The notes: a model not told the origin generated them from the sequence alone. A stretch of DNA of 63,391 bases, filler included, from Basidiobolus ranarum (GCA_040143965.1; 42 parts of 42 records of this genome joined end to end with filler, not necessarily neighbours in it); one strand, 5' to 3'; numbered from the whole stretch's first letter, positions 1 to 10,621 are shown. Translations and numbers: made by a program.

Positions 1-1418
1 ATTACATGCAATGATGTTAGCTTTAATAAAATATTCACCCATCTGAACCCCAGTAGATAACCATTCAAATTCTGCAATCAAAGGCTTCAAGAAGCTATCT
101 ATAAGCACTGGTGATTTAGGTCCTGATATGATGGATAGTATCAAAATATTATGACTCTTTACCTTCAGAAGGAGGAAGATTTAAGTTGTTTAAAATTATT
201 GGCCAGCAAGCCTCTCCAATAGTATATTTGTTTAGTGAGAAACCATCCAGAGCCAATGCAAATGCATGATCATACATGTTCTCCAAGAAACCTTGACTTT
301 TGAGATTCTGGTAGTAATATGCATCAAATATATTGGTAATACCATCAGCTTTACAGTGAGTATTTTGGTATTGGATAAACGATCTATGTTTGGGCGATTT
401 CATCAAAACTCTAAGGCAAGGAATCCAAGGCAAGTAAGCCAAATATGAATGATATTTACCTGATTCAGTGATTGCCAATTGTGTGCAAACAGTACTTGAC
501 TTCAGGTTTTGCAGAGCACCGGTGAAAGCCAAACAACCATTTGGACATGAAGGTAGTTTAATTACTGAAGGATTATAAGTCATACAATTGACAGGTGTTT
601 TCCACATGTACCAGGTCTGTGGCAAGCAATAGGTGCCAATCAACTGTGGTAAAAGTGTAAGAGAACCAATAAACACCTGGTTGCTAAGATTGGATTGAAC
701 TCTCCACTCCTCAATAATCAAAGCTGCTTCCTTTACAGTAAGCGTTATGAATGGACTAATGTTATCCAATAACAAAGAGTCCATAGCAAAACCGTCATCT
801 TCTTCTTCAACTTCTGATATACTGCCATTGGTACTGGAATAACCAAGATCAATATCTGGCAGCAAGTCCTCAAAGTTGTCTGGACTTACTGGTTTGACCA
901 AAGTTGCATTTTGACCTACATCATTCTGATCATATAATTGTGGTAACTCCATGGTATCTTGACTTCTGGCAGTGTTACCAAAACTTTGAGGCAAACTACA
1001 GTCAGTGGACTCAATGGGCAAAACTAAAGTCAATTTTGTGCACTTAGTACTCTTGTTATACACCAGGCTTTGTGCAGCTGGTGGCTTTGTACACCAACCA
1101 TGCTGTGGTTATTTTTTCTATAAAGCCTCCAGCTTTAATAGCACAAGAATTTGTGACAATAATAGCAGGGCTCTTTAAACATTTGTGTTGCAGCATGAGA
1201 GAGATATTGTAGAGAAAAGATCACCTCCAACATAAGGGTGGTATCTTAGATATAGCCCATCAGTGACATCAGCTGATTCTGAGACAGTGTCACAGATAAG
1301 TCATCAGGGGATTTACAGGATATTTCTGGTAATGGATGACTATTTTGGTTTGTTATAAGCTGTTTGTAAGCAATTTCATTACATCAAGTTTACCATCTGA
1401 AAATTTCAATGCCATTCA
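1..1418 (-). mobile_element. CACTA/CMC (Tnp2, Transposase_21-like) DNA transposon fragment: transposase N-terminal half plus intergenic region
   Basis: ORF 149-1063 carries CPNGCLAF, LDGF and CWPIILNNLNLPPSE, and continues after a frameshift as ILSIISGPKSPVLIDSFLKPL. 1161-1418 matches 37515-37773 (reverse), and its distal part matches about 21490-21671. Confidence 0.85.
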
Positions 1419-1518
1419 NNNNNNNNNNNNNNNNNNNNNNNNNNNNNNNNNNNNNNNNNNNNTTAATTAATTAANNNNNNNNNNNNNNNNNNNNNNNNNN
1501 NNNNNNNNNNNNNNNNNN
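1419..1518. other. Artificial contig linker N44-TTAATTAATTAA-N44 (first of 41 identical spacers)
   Basis: The same 100-bp spacer recurs about every 1.51 kb. Contig lengths fall steadily from 1418 to 1405 bp. TTAATTAATTAA places stops in all six frames. Confidence 0.99.
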
Positions 1519-1519
1519 T

Positions 1520-2083
1520 GATCACCTCATCTTAGCTACCAATACCATAGACCAACTAGATCTCGTCCATTTCTCCAAACCCAGATCTGCCAACAAAACT
1601 TTTAAATCCAATCCAACCCAATGTTTACTTGACATTATAGATCTTTGTTCTACCAAAATGGGTAAACGACTCCTGAAGAAACGATTGCTCTCCCCCATCA
1701 CCAATCCTCACAAATTAGAACACCGCTTTTGCCAATTAGATGAATTTGGTTCCCTTTTTGACTCCTTTGTTAAAACCTTTGGACGCCTTTTAGCCAATAT
1801 TGCCAACTTAGAACAACTCCACCGCAGACTCCTTTTAGAAGTTTTAACTTTGCACAAACTTGCTCGTCTGTATACTTCTTACGTAGCCATATTAGATCTA
1901 TGCAATCTTCTTAGCCCAACCTTTTCTTCACTTGATGAAATTTCCAATTCTAAATCTTTTTCATCTGATGCCATTCTTAATTTGCAATCTTTGTCACTTG
2001 ATGAAACTTCCAATTCTAAATCTTTTTCATCTGATGAAACTTCCAATTCTAAATCTTTTTCGTCTGATGAAACTTCCAATTAA
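1520..2083 (+). pseudogene. MutS-family lever (domain III) fragment, intronless, MutS7-like, 5' truncated by the contig edge
   Basis: The frame is open from 1520: DHLILATNTIDQLDLV...CLLDIIDLCSTKMGKRLLKKRLLSPITNPHKLEHRF...LANIANLEQLHRRLLLEVLTLHKLARLYTSY. This fits the MutS pattern LL..LD...T.MG.RLL...L..P and DLERL. It ends in a tandem repeat and a stop before the ATPase domain. Confidence 0.75.
1922..2080 (+). repeat. 33-bp in-frame tandem repeat (SDETSNSKSFS, about 5 units)
   Basis: Unit TCTGATGAAACTTCCAATTCTAAATCTTTTTCA, with degenerate copies on the 5' side. Confidence 0.9.
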
Positions 2084-2742
2084 GGATTTTGAGGACAAAG
2101 TATGATAAATAATCAGAATAAGTGATATTCATTATCCATAGACATATGAAGCTTTCTTTATATTGACCAGCTCTCATGAATATTCATGAGCAGGGGAGAA
2201 TGCAACATTTTTGGTTCACCATGTTCTTTATCTTCTATGCTCTATTGAATCCAATCCATAACTCTTATAGAGAATTTAGGTTTGGATTTTACACCATTTT
2301 CCTACTTCTCTGTGTTAGAATTACAGTGTTGATTCACCCACTTTCTCATGGTAACTTTACCAGTCTTCTCTTCCTCCCATTTTCTTATGGTATTTGTACA
2401 CCACCATTTGGCTTTTCTCTGGTTTTCCTATTGTCTTCATTTGCATATTTTTTAAGGGTATTTAACATGGCTTATTTGTCTTCATTAGGCTTGCCAACAG
2501 TTGCATATAAGACTTAGCCTGATACAGTATTTTGCCTCATCTGTATTTCACAGAAAATTTGCAAAGAATAAAGCATTGTTCTGTAACCTCCATACACTGT
2601 GAAAAATACAGCTAAGGACTAAATGAGAAACATCAAAGTTTGATTCAACTCTGGTAGTGTTTAATCTATGATCATGCACACTCTGGCACAAATTGCTTGC
2701 CCAGCTTTCTGAGTGTAAAGCAAGTCACCAGTGATCAGTTAA

Positions 2743-2936
2743 CCCTAACAAAAATAAAATCGATTTGATCCGGATCAGATCCACCCTCCGAAATAGCAAA
2801 ACCGTCAGAGAACCGTCACAATATTGTTGGCTTGCATTCTGCCAGGGATTTTGATGATGTGACGGCGGTTTCTTGACGGTATCTTGGCGGTATTCATACA
2901 TGTTAAATTATTGATCCTCAAATTTGGCATGCGTTA
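2743..2936 (+). mobile_element. CACTA-like terminus A (CCCTAACA...) with subterminal repeats
   Basis: Begins CCCTAACAAAAAT and matches 21290-21482 in reverse, where similarity stops exactly at GTTAGGG. Contains a GATCCGGATC palindrome and ACCGTCA/TGACGG repeats. Confidence 0.75.
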
Positions 2937-3036
2937 NNNNNNNNNNNNNNNNNNNNNNNNNNNNNNNNNNNNNNNNNNNNTTAATTAATTAANNNNNNNN
3001 NNNNNNNNNNNNNNNNNNNNNNNNNNNNNNNNNNNN

Positions 3037-4006
3037 TTAGACGAGGATAACAAGCTCTTACCCAGATAAAACAGAACAGAACAAAAGATACTTTCAGACC
3101 TAATACTAATGGTTGAATCCAGCTTATCGTAGTCTTAACCCAATTTAATGCCCCTCCTAGCTCAGGATATAACCAGGCTGGCCCCACCTCTCCGGCAGAG
3201 GCAAAGGTAGTAGAGATAGGTAGGCTCGCGAGTGGAACTAAGTAACCTCCAAAGAATAATATAATAGTAAAAGTAGAAATTAAGATCATAGAACCATATT
3301 CTGCCAGGAAGAATAGAGCAAAACTTAGAGAAGAATGTTCTGTATTGAATCCTGAAACTAATTCACTTTCTGCTTCGGGTAAATCGAAAGGTGCTCGATT
3401 TGTTTCAGCTAGGGCAGAAATAAAGAATATCAGAGCTAAAGGTAATAAAGGAAATAAGAACCAAATAGCTTTTTGTGATTCAATAATTGAACTAAGATTT
3501 AATGTTCCAGCTATAATTACTATTGGTAATATAATTAATCCAAAGTTTATTTCATAAGCAATCATTTGAGCTGTTGATCTTAATGAACCTAAAAATGCAT
3601 ATTTAGAGTTAGCAGACCAACCTGCAAAAATAATCCCGTATACTCCTAATGAAGATATCGCTAATAAATATAGTATTCCATTATTCATATCTGATAAAGC
3701 TAATCCTTTTGAATAAGGTATTACTGCCCAACCTAAAATACTTAATGTTAAACTTAGTATTGGTGCACCTAAGAATATTGCTCTATTTCCATGTGATACT
3801 ATAATTGTCTCTTTTAGGAATAATTTTAAACCATCCGCTAAAGGTTGTAATATCCCAAATAAACCTACTTTATTTGGTCCTAACCTTCTTTGCATTGAAC
3901 CCATTACCTTTCTTTCTGCTAAAGTTAAATAAGCAATAGTTAATAATAAAGGTAGAATTATCACTATATCCTCTGTTAATGATTTTAACAATATAAGACA
4001 AAACAA
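3037..4006 (-). CDS. nad1: Mitochondrial NADH dehydrogenase subunit 1 (3' end truncated)
   Basis: [47 protein letters not shown] and FIWVRA.YPRL. AT-rich, uninterrupted, all Trp as TGG. Confidence 0.97.
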
Positions 4007-4020
4007 TTTTTATAATACCA

Positions 4021-4454
4021 ACCCAAAGTCCGGGGGGGGGGTTCGTCCGCACCCCGGGGGCGGCGGGGGGGGGGGGGGGGGGGGTCCCCCCTTCGGGACG
4101 GGGGGTTCGCAATCCGTCCCCCCTGGCCCGCATGAAAGGGGCCCCCCAACCCCCCCCCTGGAGAGGGGAGGGGGAAAGCGCTCGCGACTTTCGGGGCACG
4201 GCGAGCCCCACCCCCTAAATGGCCCCCCCCCTTTTCTGCCCCCCCCCCGCGCCACGGCCCGAAGGGACCGTCAAAGGGGCCCCGATTGGCCCCCCCAAAG
4301 GAGGGGGGGGGGGCGGGCCCGTGCCCCCCGGGGGGGGGGGGCCCCCGGGGGGGGCTTTTACATCGCTTTTATTTTGGGGGGGGGGGGGGGCGCCCCCCGA
4401 ACCCCCCGCGCGCCAAACCCACCGCCCCCCCCCCGGCCCTTCCCCCCCCCCCCC
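4021..4454. repeat. Extremely GC-rich, hairpin- and homopolymer-rich tract upstream of nad1 (mitochondrial GC-cluster-like, probably low sequence quality)
   Basis: Abrupt switch from AT-rich to G/C runs. Stems: GGGACGG(4095-4101)/CCGTCCC(4114-4120), CCC-GAA-GGG (4258-4266), CCC-TTC-GGG (4089-4097). Confidence 0.6.
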
Positions 4455-4554
4455 NNNNNNNNNNNNNNNNNNNNNNNNNNNNNNNNNNNNNNNNNNNNTT
4501 AATTAATTAANNNNNNNNNNNNNNNNNNNNNNNNNNNNNNNNNNNNNNNNNNNN

Positions 4555-5971
4555 CAGTAGGCTTTACGCTCTCAGAGTGCTTAGAATTCACTGTGTGCTT
4601 TACACTCTCAAAATGAGCAGTGCCGGCTGTAGGCTTTACGTTTTCAGAATGACTAGAGCTGACAGTTGGCCTCGAGTCTACAGCGCTGACTGTGGGTTTT
4701 CCGCTAGCAGGGTGCTTAGTACTAACTGTAGATTTTACGCTTTCAGAGCGACTAGAACTGATCGAGGGCTTTACGCTTTCAGAGTGACTAGAGCTGATAG
4801 TTGGCCTTACGCTTTCAGAGTGAGCAGTGCTGGCAGTGGGCTTCTCAATTTCAGAGTGAGCAGAGCTGACTGTGGGTTTGTCGCTTTCAGAGTGCTGATA
4901 ACTGACTGTAGGCTTTAGGCTTTCAGAGTTCTTAGAACTAGCGGTGGGCTTGACGCTTTCGGAATGAGCAGTGCTGGCAGTCGGCTTTACGCTTTCAGTA
5001 TGACTAGAGCTGGCAGTCGGCTTTACGCTTTCGGAGTGAAGTGAGCTGGCAGTGGGTTTTATGCTTTCAGAATGGGCAGAGCCAACGGTTGGCTTCATAA
5101 CTTCAGAGTGCTTGGAACTGACCGTGGGCTTTGCACCCTCAGAGTTGTTAGAATTAGCGGTGGGCTTAACGCTTTCGGAGTGAACAGAGGTGGCAGTAGG
5201 CTTTATGCTTTCAGAATGGGCAGAGCTGACGGTTGGCTTCACAATTTCGGAGTGAGCAGAGCTGGTATTGGAATTCACGATATCAGAGTGAGCAGAACTG
5301 ACAGTGGGCTTAGCACTTTCAGGGTGCTTAGAACTGACAGTGTACTTTACGCTTTCAGATTCAGCAGAACTGGTAGTGGGCTTCACGATTTCAGAATGAG
5401 TAGAGCTGACAGTTGGCTTCATGCTTTCAGAGCGACTAGAACTGGCCGAGGGCTTTACGCTTTCAGTGTGAGCAGAGCTGTCAGTAGACTTCACAATTTT
5501 ATAATGACTTGAGCTGACTGTAGGCTTTACACTTTCAGACTTAGTAGAACTAGTCGTGGGTTTAATGTTTTCGGAATGACTATGGCTGACTGTGGCTTTT
5601 ATGCTTTCAGAGTGAGAAGAACTGGCACTGGGCTTTACATCTTCAGAGTAACTTGAGCTGACAGGTGGTTTTACGCTTTCATAGTGACTAGAGCTGATTA
5701 TTGGCTTCACAATTTCAGAGTGACTTGAGCTAACTGTGGGCTTTATGCTGTCAGAGTGAGGCAGGCTGGCAGTGGGCTTTACAGCTTTAGAGTGACCAGA
5801 GCTGCCAGTCGACTTCACACTTTCGGATTGCTTATAACTGGCAGTGGGTTTTACGCTTTTAGAGTGAGCAGAGCTGACGCTTGGCTTCAAGCTCTCAGAG
5901 TGAGCAGAGCTGACGCTTGGCTTCAAGCTCTCAGAGTGAGCAGAGCTGACGCTTGGCTTCAAGCTCTCAGA
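4555..5971 (-). CDS. Internal fragment of a Ser/Thr/His-rich 12-aa tandem-repeat (mucin/adhesin-like) protein
   Basis: Open across the whole contig. About 39 units of 36 bp (KPTVSSAHSESV) with many synonymous differences and no frameshifts. Confidence 0.8.
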
Positions 5972-6071
5972 NNNNNNNNNNNNNNNNNNNNNNNNNNNNN
6001 NNNNNNNNNNNNNNNTTAATTAATTAANNNNNNNNNNNNNNNNNNNNNNNNNNNNNNNNNNNNNNNNNNNN

Positions 6072-7378
6072 TTGAGTCCTTCAGGGAGAAAGCCAATAGG
6101 TTCCAAATGGGTCCGCAAAGTCAAAAACCAAGCTGATGGAACCATAGAAAGGTACAAAGCAAGATCAGTAACAAAAGGCTATTCCCAAACTCCAGCAGTT
6201 GATTTTACTCAAATCGTTGCTCCAGTAGCTAAATTTAGCTCCACTAGATCAATCCTGGCACTCTCAGCTGTCCATAACCTGCATGTTCATCAAATAAATG
6301 TAAAAACATCCTTTCTGAGAGGAAATCTAGAAGAAGAGTTCTATATGGAGCAACCAGATGGATTTGCCAATCCAAAACATCCTGATATAATTTATAAACT
6401 GCAAAAATTGCTACATGGACTCAAGCAAGCACAAGGGGCATGTTACAACAAGCTAGATACCTATTTGGAATCACTAAAATACCAAAAGTGCACAGCAGAT
6501 CACAGTATACTTACAAAACAACAAGAAATAGGATTCTTATCTTGGCACTATAGGTCGATGACTTAATCATAGCCACAAATGATCTAGAAGCACTTATTCA
6601 GACAAAAAGCAGCTTATCATACCATGTACAGATGACTGATATGGGTGAATCAAGTTACTTTCTTGGAATTCAAATCAAGAGAGATAAACCCAGTCAGAAA
6701 GTCATGCTGAACCAGTCTAGATAATTCCTAGACATCCTAAAATACTTCAACATCAAAAACAGCAGGCCTGTGTCAACACCAATGGATCCCAATGTGAAAT
6801 TAATAAAAATTGCTTCTGATTTGGCCCACAATGACTCAAATTAAAGGTATGAACTCCCTTATAAGTACCTGGTGGGTAGTTTAATGCATATAATGGTTGG
6901 AACACATCCAGTCATCTAGTTTGATATATACAATGGTTGAAGCACATCCAGACATTGCTGTAGCAGTGAGAACTGTCAGCCAATTTCTTAAAAATCCAGG
7001 ATCTTAGCACAAAGCTGCAATAAAACAAATATTTGTGTATATGAGAGGAATTGTAGATCTAGTTCTGCCATACTATGCCACTCCTGATGCATGAATTTTG
7101 AAGGCTACAGTGATGCAGACTGGAAAAAACCCTTGATTGTAAAAGATCAACAATTGGATACAATGTTCTCTGTAGTTATGAAAGCTTAACTTGGAATAGT
7201 AAGAAGCAACCAACCAAAGCACTTTCCACTGCAGAAGTAGAGTATATAGCTGCCTCTGCTACTACACAAGAAGCTATTTAGTTGAGGAAGTTATTCATAG
7301 ACCTACGATACATGCAAAGACATGCTATTACTGTACTTGAAGATTATCAATGTTATGTTTAATAGATAAAAACCCAAT
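6072..7378 (+). mobile_element. Ty1/copia RT-RNaseH, degenerate
   Basis: KPIGSKWV, ERYKAR, QINVKTSFL, YMEQPDGF, GLKQA, a stop-disrupted YVDD and YSDADW. Confidence 0.93.
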
Positions 7379-7488
7379 GTCATGATTCTGATCTCGGCAT
7401 ACTGATCCACTGCATATGGAACTCTTCTATTATTAGATTATGACATCATATCTACTGTGCCATCCCTTCTCGGCAATCTGGTGTCAGT
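7378..7488 (+). mobile_element. Ty3/gypsy LTR 5' end inserted in copia RNaseH
   Basis: TGTCATGATTCTGATCT... matches the LTR at 51541. Confidence 0.8.
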
Positions 7489-7588
7489 NNNNNNNNNNNN
7501 NNNNNNNNNNNNNNNNNNNNNNNNNNNNNNNNTTAATTAATTAANNNNNNNNNNNNNNNNNNNNNNNNNNNNNNNNNNNNNNNNNNNN

Positions 7589-9005
7589 GAAGAGCAATAC
7601 TAAATTCCCTGTTTGCCACCATAATGCTCCGGCCGCCACTCATCTCCTCAGTTTCAGCTATTACTGGGACATAATTTCTAATAATCGATGATTTATTTGT
7701 CTTACATATTAGATTATATCATCACAAATTTGTGAAATGATTCAGCATGACAAGTAGGCTATAAAATGACTAAATATCAATACACTAACTCATATTTGAG
7801 CAGCCCCATGTCTTCAAATTGTAGGCAAGCGAAGAGTGAGCCAAAAAGCTACTACCACATTTGTGGATCATATGTCTTGCTAAGTGATGAATACACGAGT
7901 GTAAGTAAGACACATCTCTTTGAGTTTCCAACTAACCATGATCAATGGTTTGTTCAGTACAGACATGCAATACTCAACCATCTTACCCAAGTCTGAGATT
8001 TCCTGACTATCAACAACAATCCGAGTCAGATAATGGCACACTTGAGTAAGATGATTGAGCATTACGTATATACTCTAAATAATTTCATTAATTGTGAATA
8101 ATATGAGCAACCGTGAGTGCTTTGAACACCGGCGCTCAATTATTTCCAACATCGTTGATATTCAATTACTCGCAACATCACTGTTGCCCCCACCTATTTA
8201 TTTCTGACTTTTTCCCAGTAAAAATTGTCACTACTACAACTACCATAACTCCAACCATATATTTCATGATTAGCTTGTAGTAGCCCATTTCTAACCTGGC
8301 TTAGATAAGAACAGCGATATCTAGTTGCAGGGATATCAAGCATGTTGTGATGCTTACTCTCTGGAAACCTGATTTGCAGCAGTGGTGTGTAAGAATTCAG
8401 TGAGTTCAAAGATCATATGGTAAAAACTGAGGAAGGTGAGAAGGAACAGGAAATGAAAGGAGTTTGGCTCTGAAAAAATCACTAAACTCAATATCTATTG
8501 AAGTGATTGCAACATTTTTGCGTATTTGAAAATTGAGTGACAAATGTCATATTTATATGTTGTGGAGACAGCTCCAAATAGCATATTCCTATACTATACT
8601 CTTGATGCGCATCGTAACCCATTTGTATGTATCTCATTTTAGATTTTGCAGCTCTCTCAATGCTCAGTATACTTGAGATGGTATCCAAAACAAAATGACC
8701 AAGTTGAACAATCCAAGTGAAAGATACATCCAATTTATTAGTTATCTATCAATCTATAAATTTGCTCGAAATTGAAGGTGGCACCATCTCAATAAACCAA
8801 TCATCGTGCCTCTAATTATTCTAATGCTGATACAGGTTTAAAAGGTTGTATTTCTATTGAATGACACTCTCAGGCTGTGAGTCATGTTTGTAAGACATGG
8901 AATCAGAAAACTTGAATATCTTGCAAACTTGTGAAACCAAACTAACATAAAAATGTTTGACTTAATATGATATGGCAACATATAATTGGCTTCTAATATC
9001 TTGCT
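7589..9005. repeat. Largely non-coding contig; near-identical reverse complement of 34851-36262 (assembly bubble)
   Basis: Both ends coincide exactly with the other contig. Interior has scattered SNPs and small indels. Confidence 0.95.
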
Positions 9006-9105
9006 NNNNNNNNNNNNNNNNNNNNNNNNNNNNNNNNNNNNNNNNNNNNTTAATTAATTAANNNNNNNNNNNNNNNNNNNNNNNNNNNNNNNNNNNNNNN
9101 NNNNN

Positions 9106-10319
9106 CCCCCAACCAAAATGGAAATTTGTGAGGGTTGTATATATGGAAAACAAGCCAGGCAGCCATTCAAGAGCTCTGGTTTAATCAAATCTGTCAAAAA
9201 ATTGGATCTAATTCATCCAGATTTGTGTGGACCTATGCAAAATTTATGTTTAGGTGGAAAAAGATATTTAATCACAATTATTGATGATTATTAGAGATAC
9301 ACTTGGGTCTACTTTATGGAAAGAAAAGAAGAAGCTCTCTATATCTTTAGAGATTTTCAAACACTTGTGCAGACTGACACTGGAACTAAAATCAAGAAAA
9401 CACATACTGATCATGGTGGAGAATATACTTCAAAACTGTTTAAGCCCTTTTGCAAAGTTCATGGAATTAAGCAAGAAACTACTGACCCTTATTCACCTCA
9501 ACAAAACAGAGTTGCTGAAAGTGCTAACAGGACTATAATAGATATGGCAAGAACTATAATAAATGTGCACAATTTATCTCACAACTTTTGGGTTGAATCT
9601 GTTGCTACAGCAGTATATCTGAAGAATAGGAGTTTTACTAGAACTCTGTCTAGCTCTACACCATATCAAGCTTGATTTGGAGTTAAACCTGATGTAAAAC
9701 ATTTTAGGATTTTTGGATGCATTGCTTATGTCAAAATTATGACCAAAAATTGGTCTATATTTGATCCAAAAAGTAAGAAATACATTTTCTGGGTTATTGT
9801 ACCCAAACTAAGACCTACATACTCTATGATACCAGAATATCCAAGCTAATCAAGTCCAGGGATGTTTTGTTTAATCATAATGCAATATTTACACCCAAAA
9901 TGACCTTAGATGATGATGAAAATCAAATTTCTCCTGATCCAATCATGTAAATTGATTCAAACCAAAGCAAAGAAGAAAAAGCATTCCTGTTGACCCTTCA
10001 ACCAATATTTTGCCCACTCAAGTGCCCAATACAATGCCAGAAGTTGTAGTACCTTAATAACAAACCAGGAGATCAAATTGTATCAGAAATAGCCCTGATT
10101 AATATATCAATAAGTCCCAAATTGAACCTATGCCTGCACAGGTCAAATATATGAATCTCAGACTGTAAAAGAGGCCCTCAATGGCCCTCACACAGGATTT
10201 TAGAAATCTGCAATGGCTGATGAGCACCAGGCTTTGATTGATAATCAATTTTGATTTTAACCAACTTATCTGATGATAGAAAATCAATTTGCTGCCAATG
10301 GGTGTTTAAAGTTAGAGAC
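9106..10319 (+). mobile_element. Ty1/copia GAG-pre-integrase, integrase core and RT start, degenerate
   Basis: ICEGCIYGKQ, TDHGGEY, PYSPQQNRVAESANRTI and FWVESVATAVYLKNR. Confidence 0.93.
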
Positions 10320-10521
10320 TGTTGAAATTTGTAGTCTTTATCATATTTTTTATCTCTATCTTTATACACCTAACTACTTCATATATCACATATAAGTGAG
10401 TTATCATTACTTAGTTGAATATCACTTAACTGCAAAGTGGAACAAATAATATATATATATGGGAATACTGTGAGAATTAGCAATTCCATATTGGAAATTT
10501 CAAACTTGTCCAAATTGCCCC
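10320..10521 (+). mobile_element. Copia LTR family B, 5' part, nested
   Basis: Starts TGTTGAAA and matches the LTR at 39438-39815. Confidence 0.8.
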
Positions 10522-10621
10522 NNNNNNNNNNNNNNNNNNNNNNNNNNNNNNNNNNNNNNNNNNNNTTAATTAATTAANNNNNNNNNNNNNNNNNNNNNNN
10601 NNNNNNNNNNNNNNNNNNNNN

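Noticed and set aside
2176-2517. Hydrophobic 113-aa ORF as a membrane protein
   Set aside because: T-rich, CpG-free sequence with no motif; probably degenerate repeat DNA.
3870-4510. Gly/Pro-rich ORFs upstream of nad1
   Set aside because: By-products of G/C homopolymer runs that lack stop codons; no coding signature.
4577-6019. Plus-strand ORFs over the 36-bp repeat
   Set aside because: Antisense shadows broken by stops; only the minus frame is open throughout.
7766-8733. Short ORFs shared between the two bubble contigs
   Set aside because: Sharing reflects high DNA identity only; an indel changes one C-terminus and no motifs are present.
9673-9675. Shared in-frame TGA in independent TE copies as UGA recoding or readthrough
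   Set aside because: Better explained by recurrent CGA-to-TGA deamination or shared descent; a host gene here appears to use TGA as a true stop (25587).
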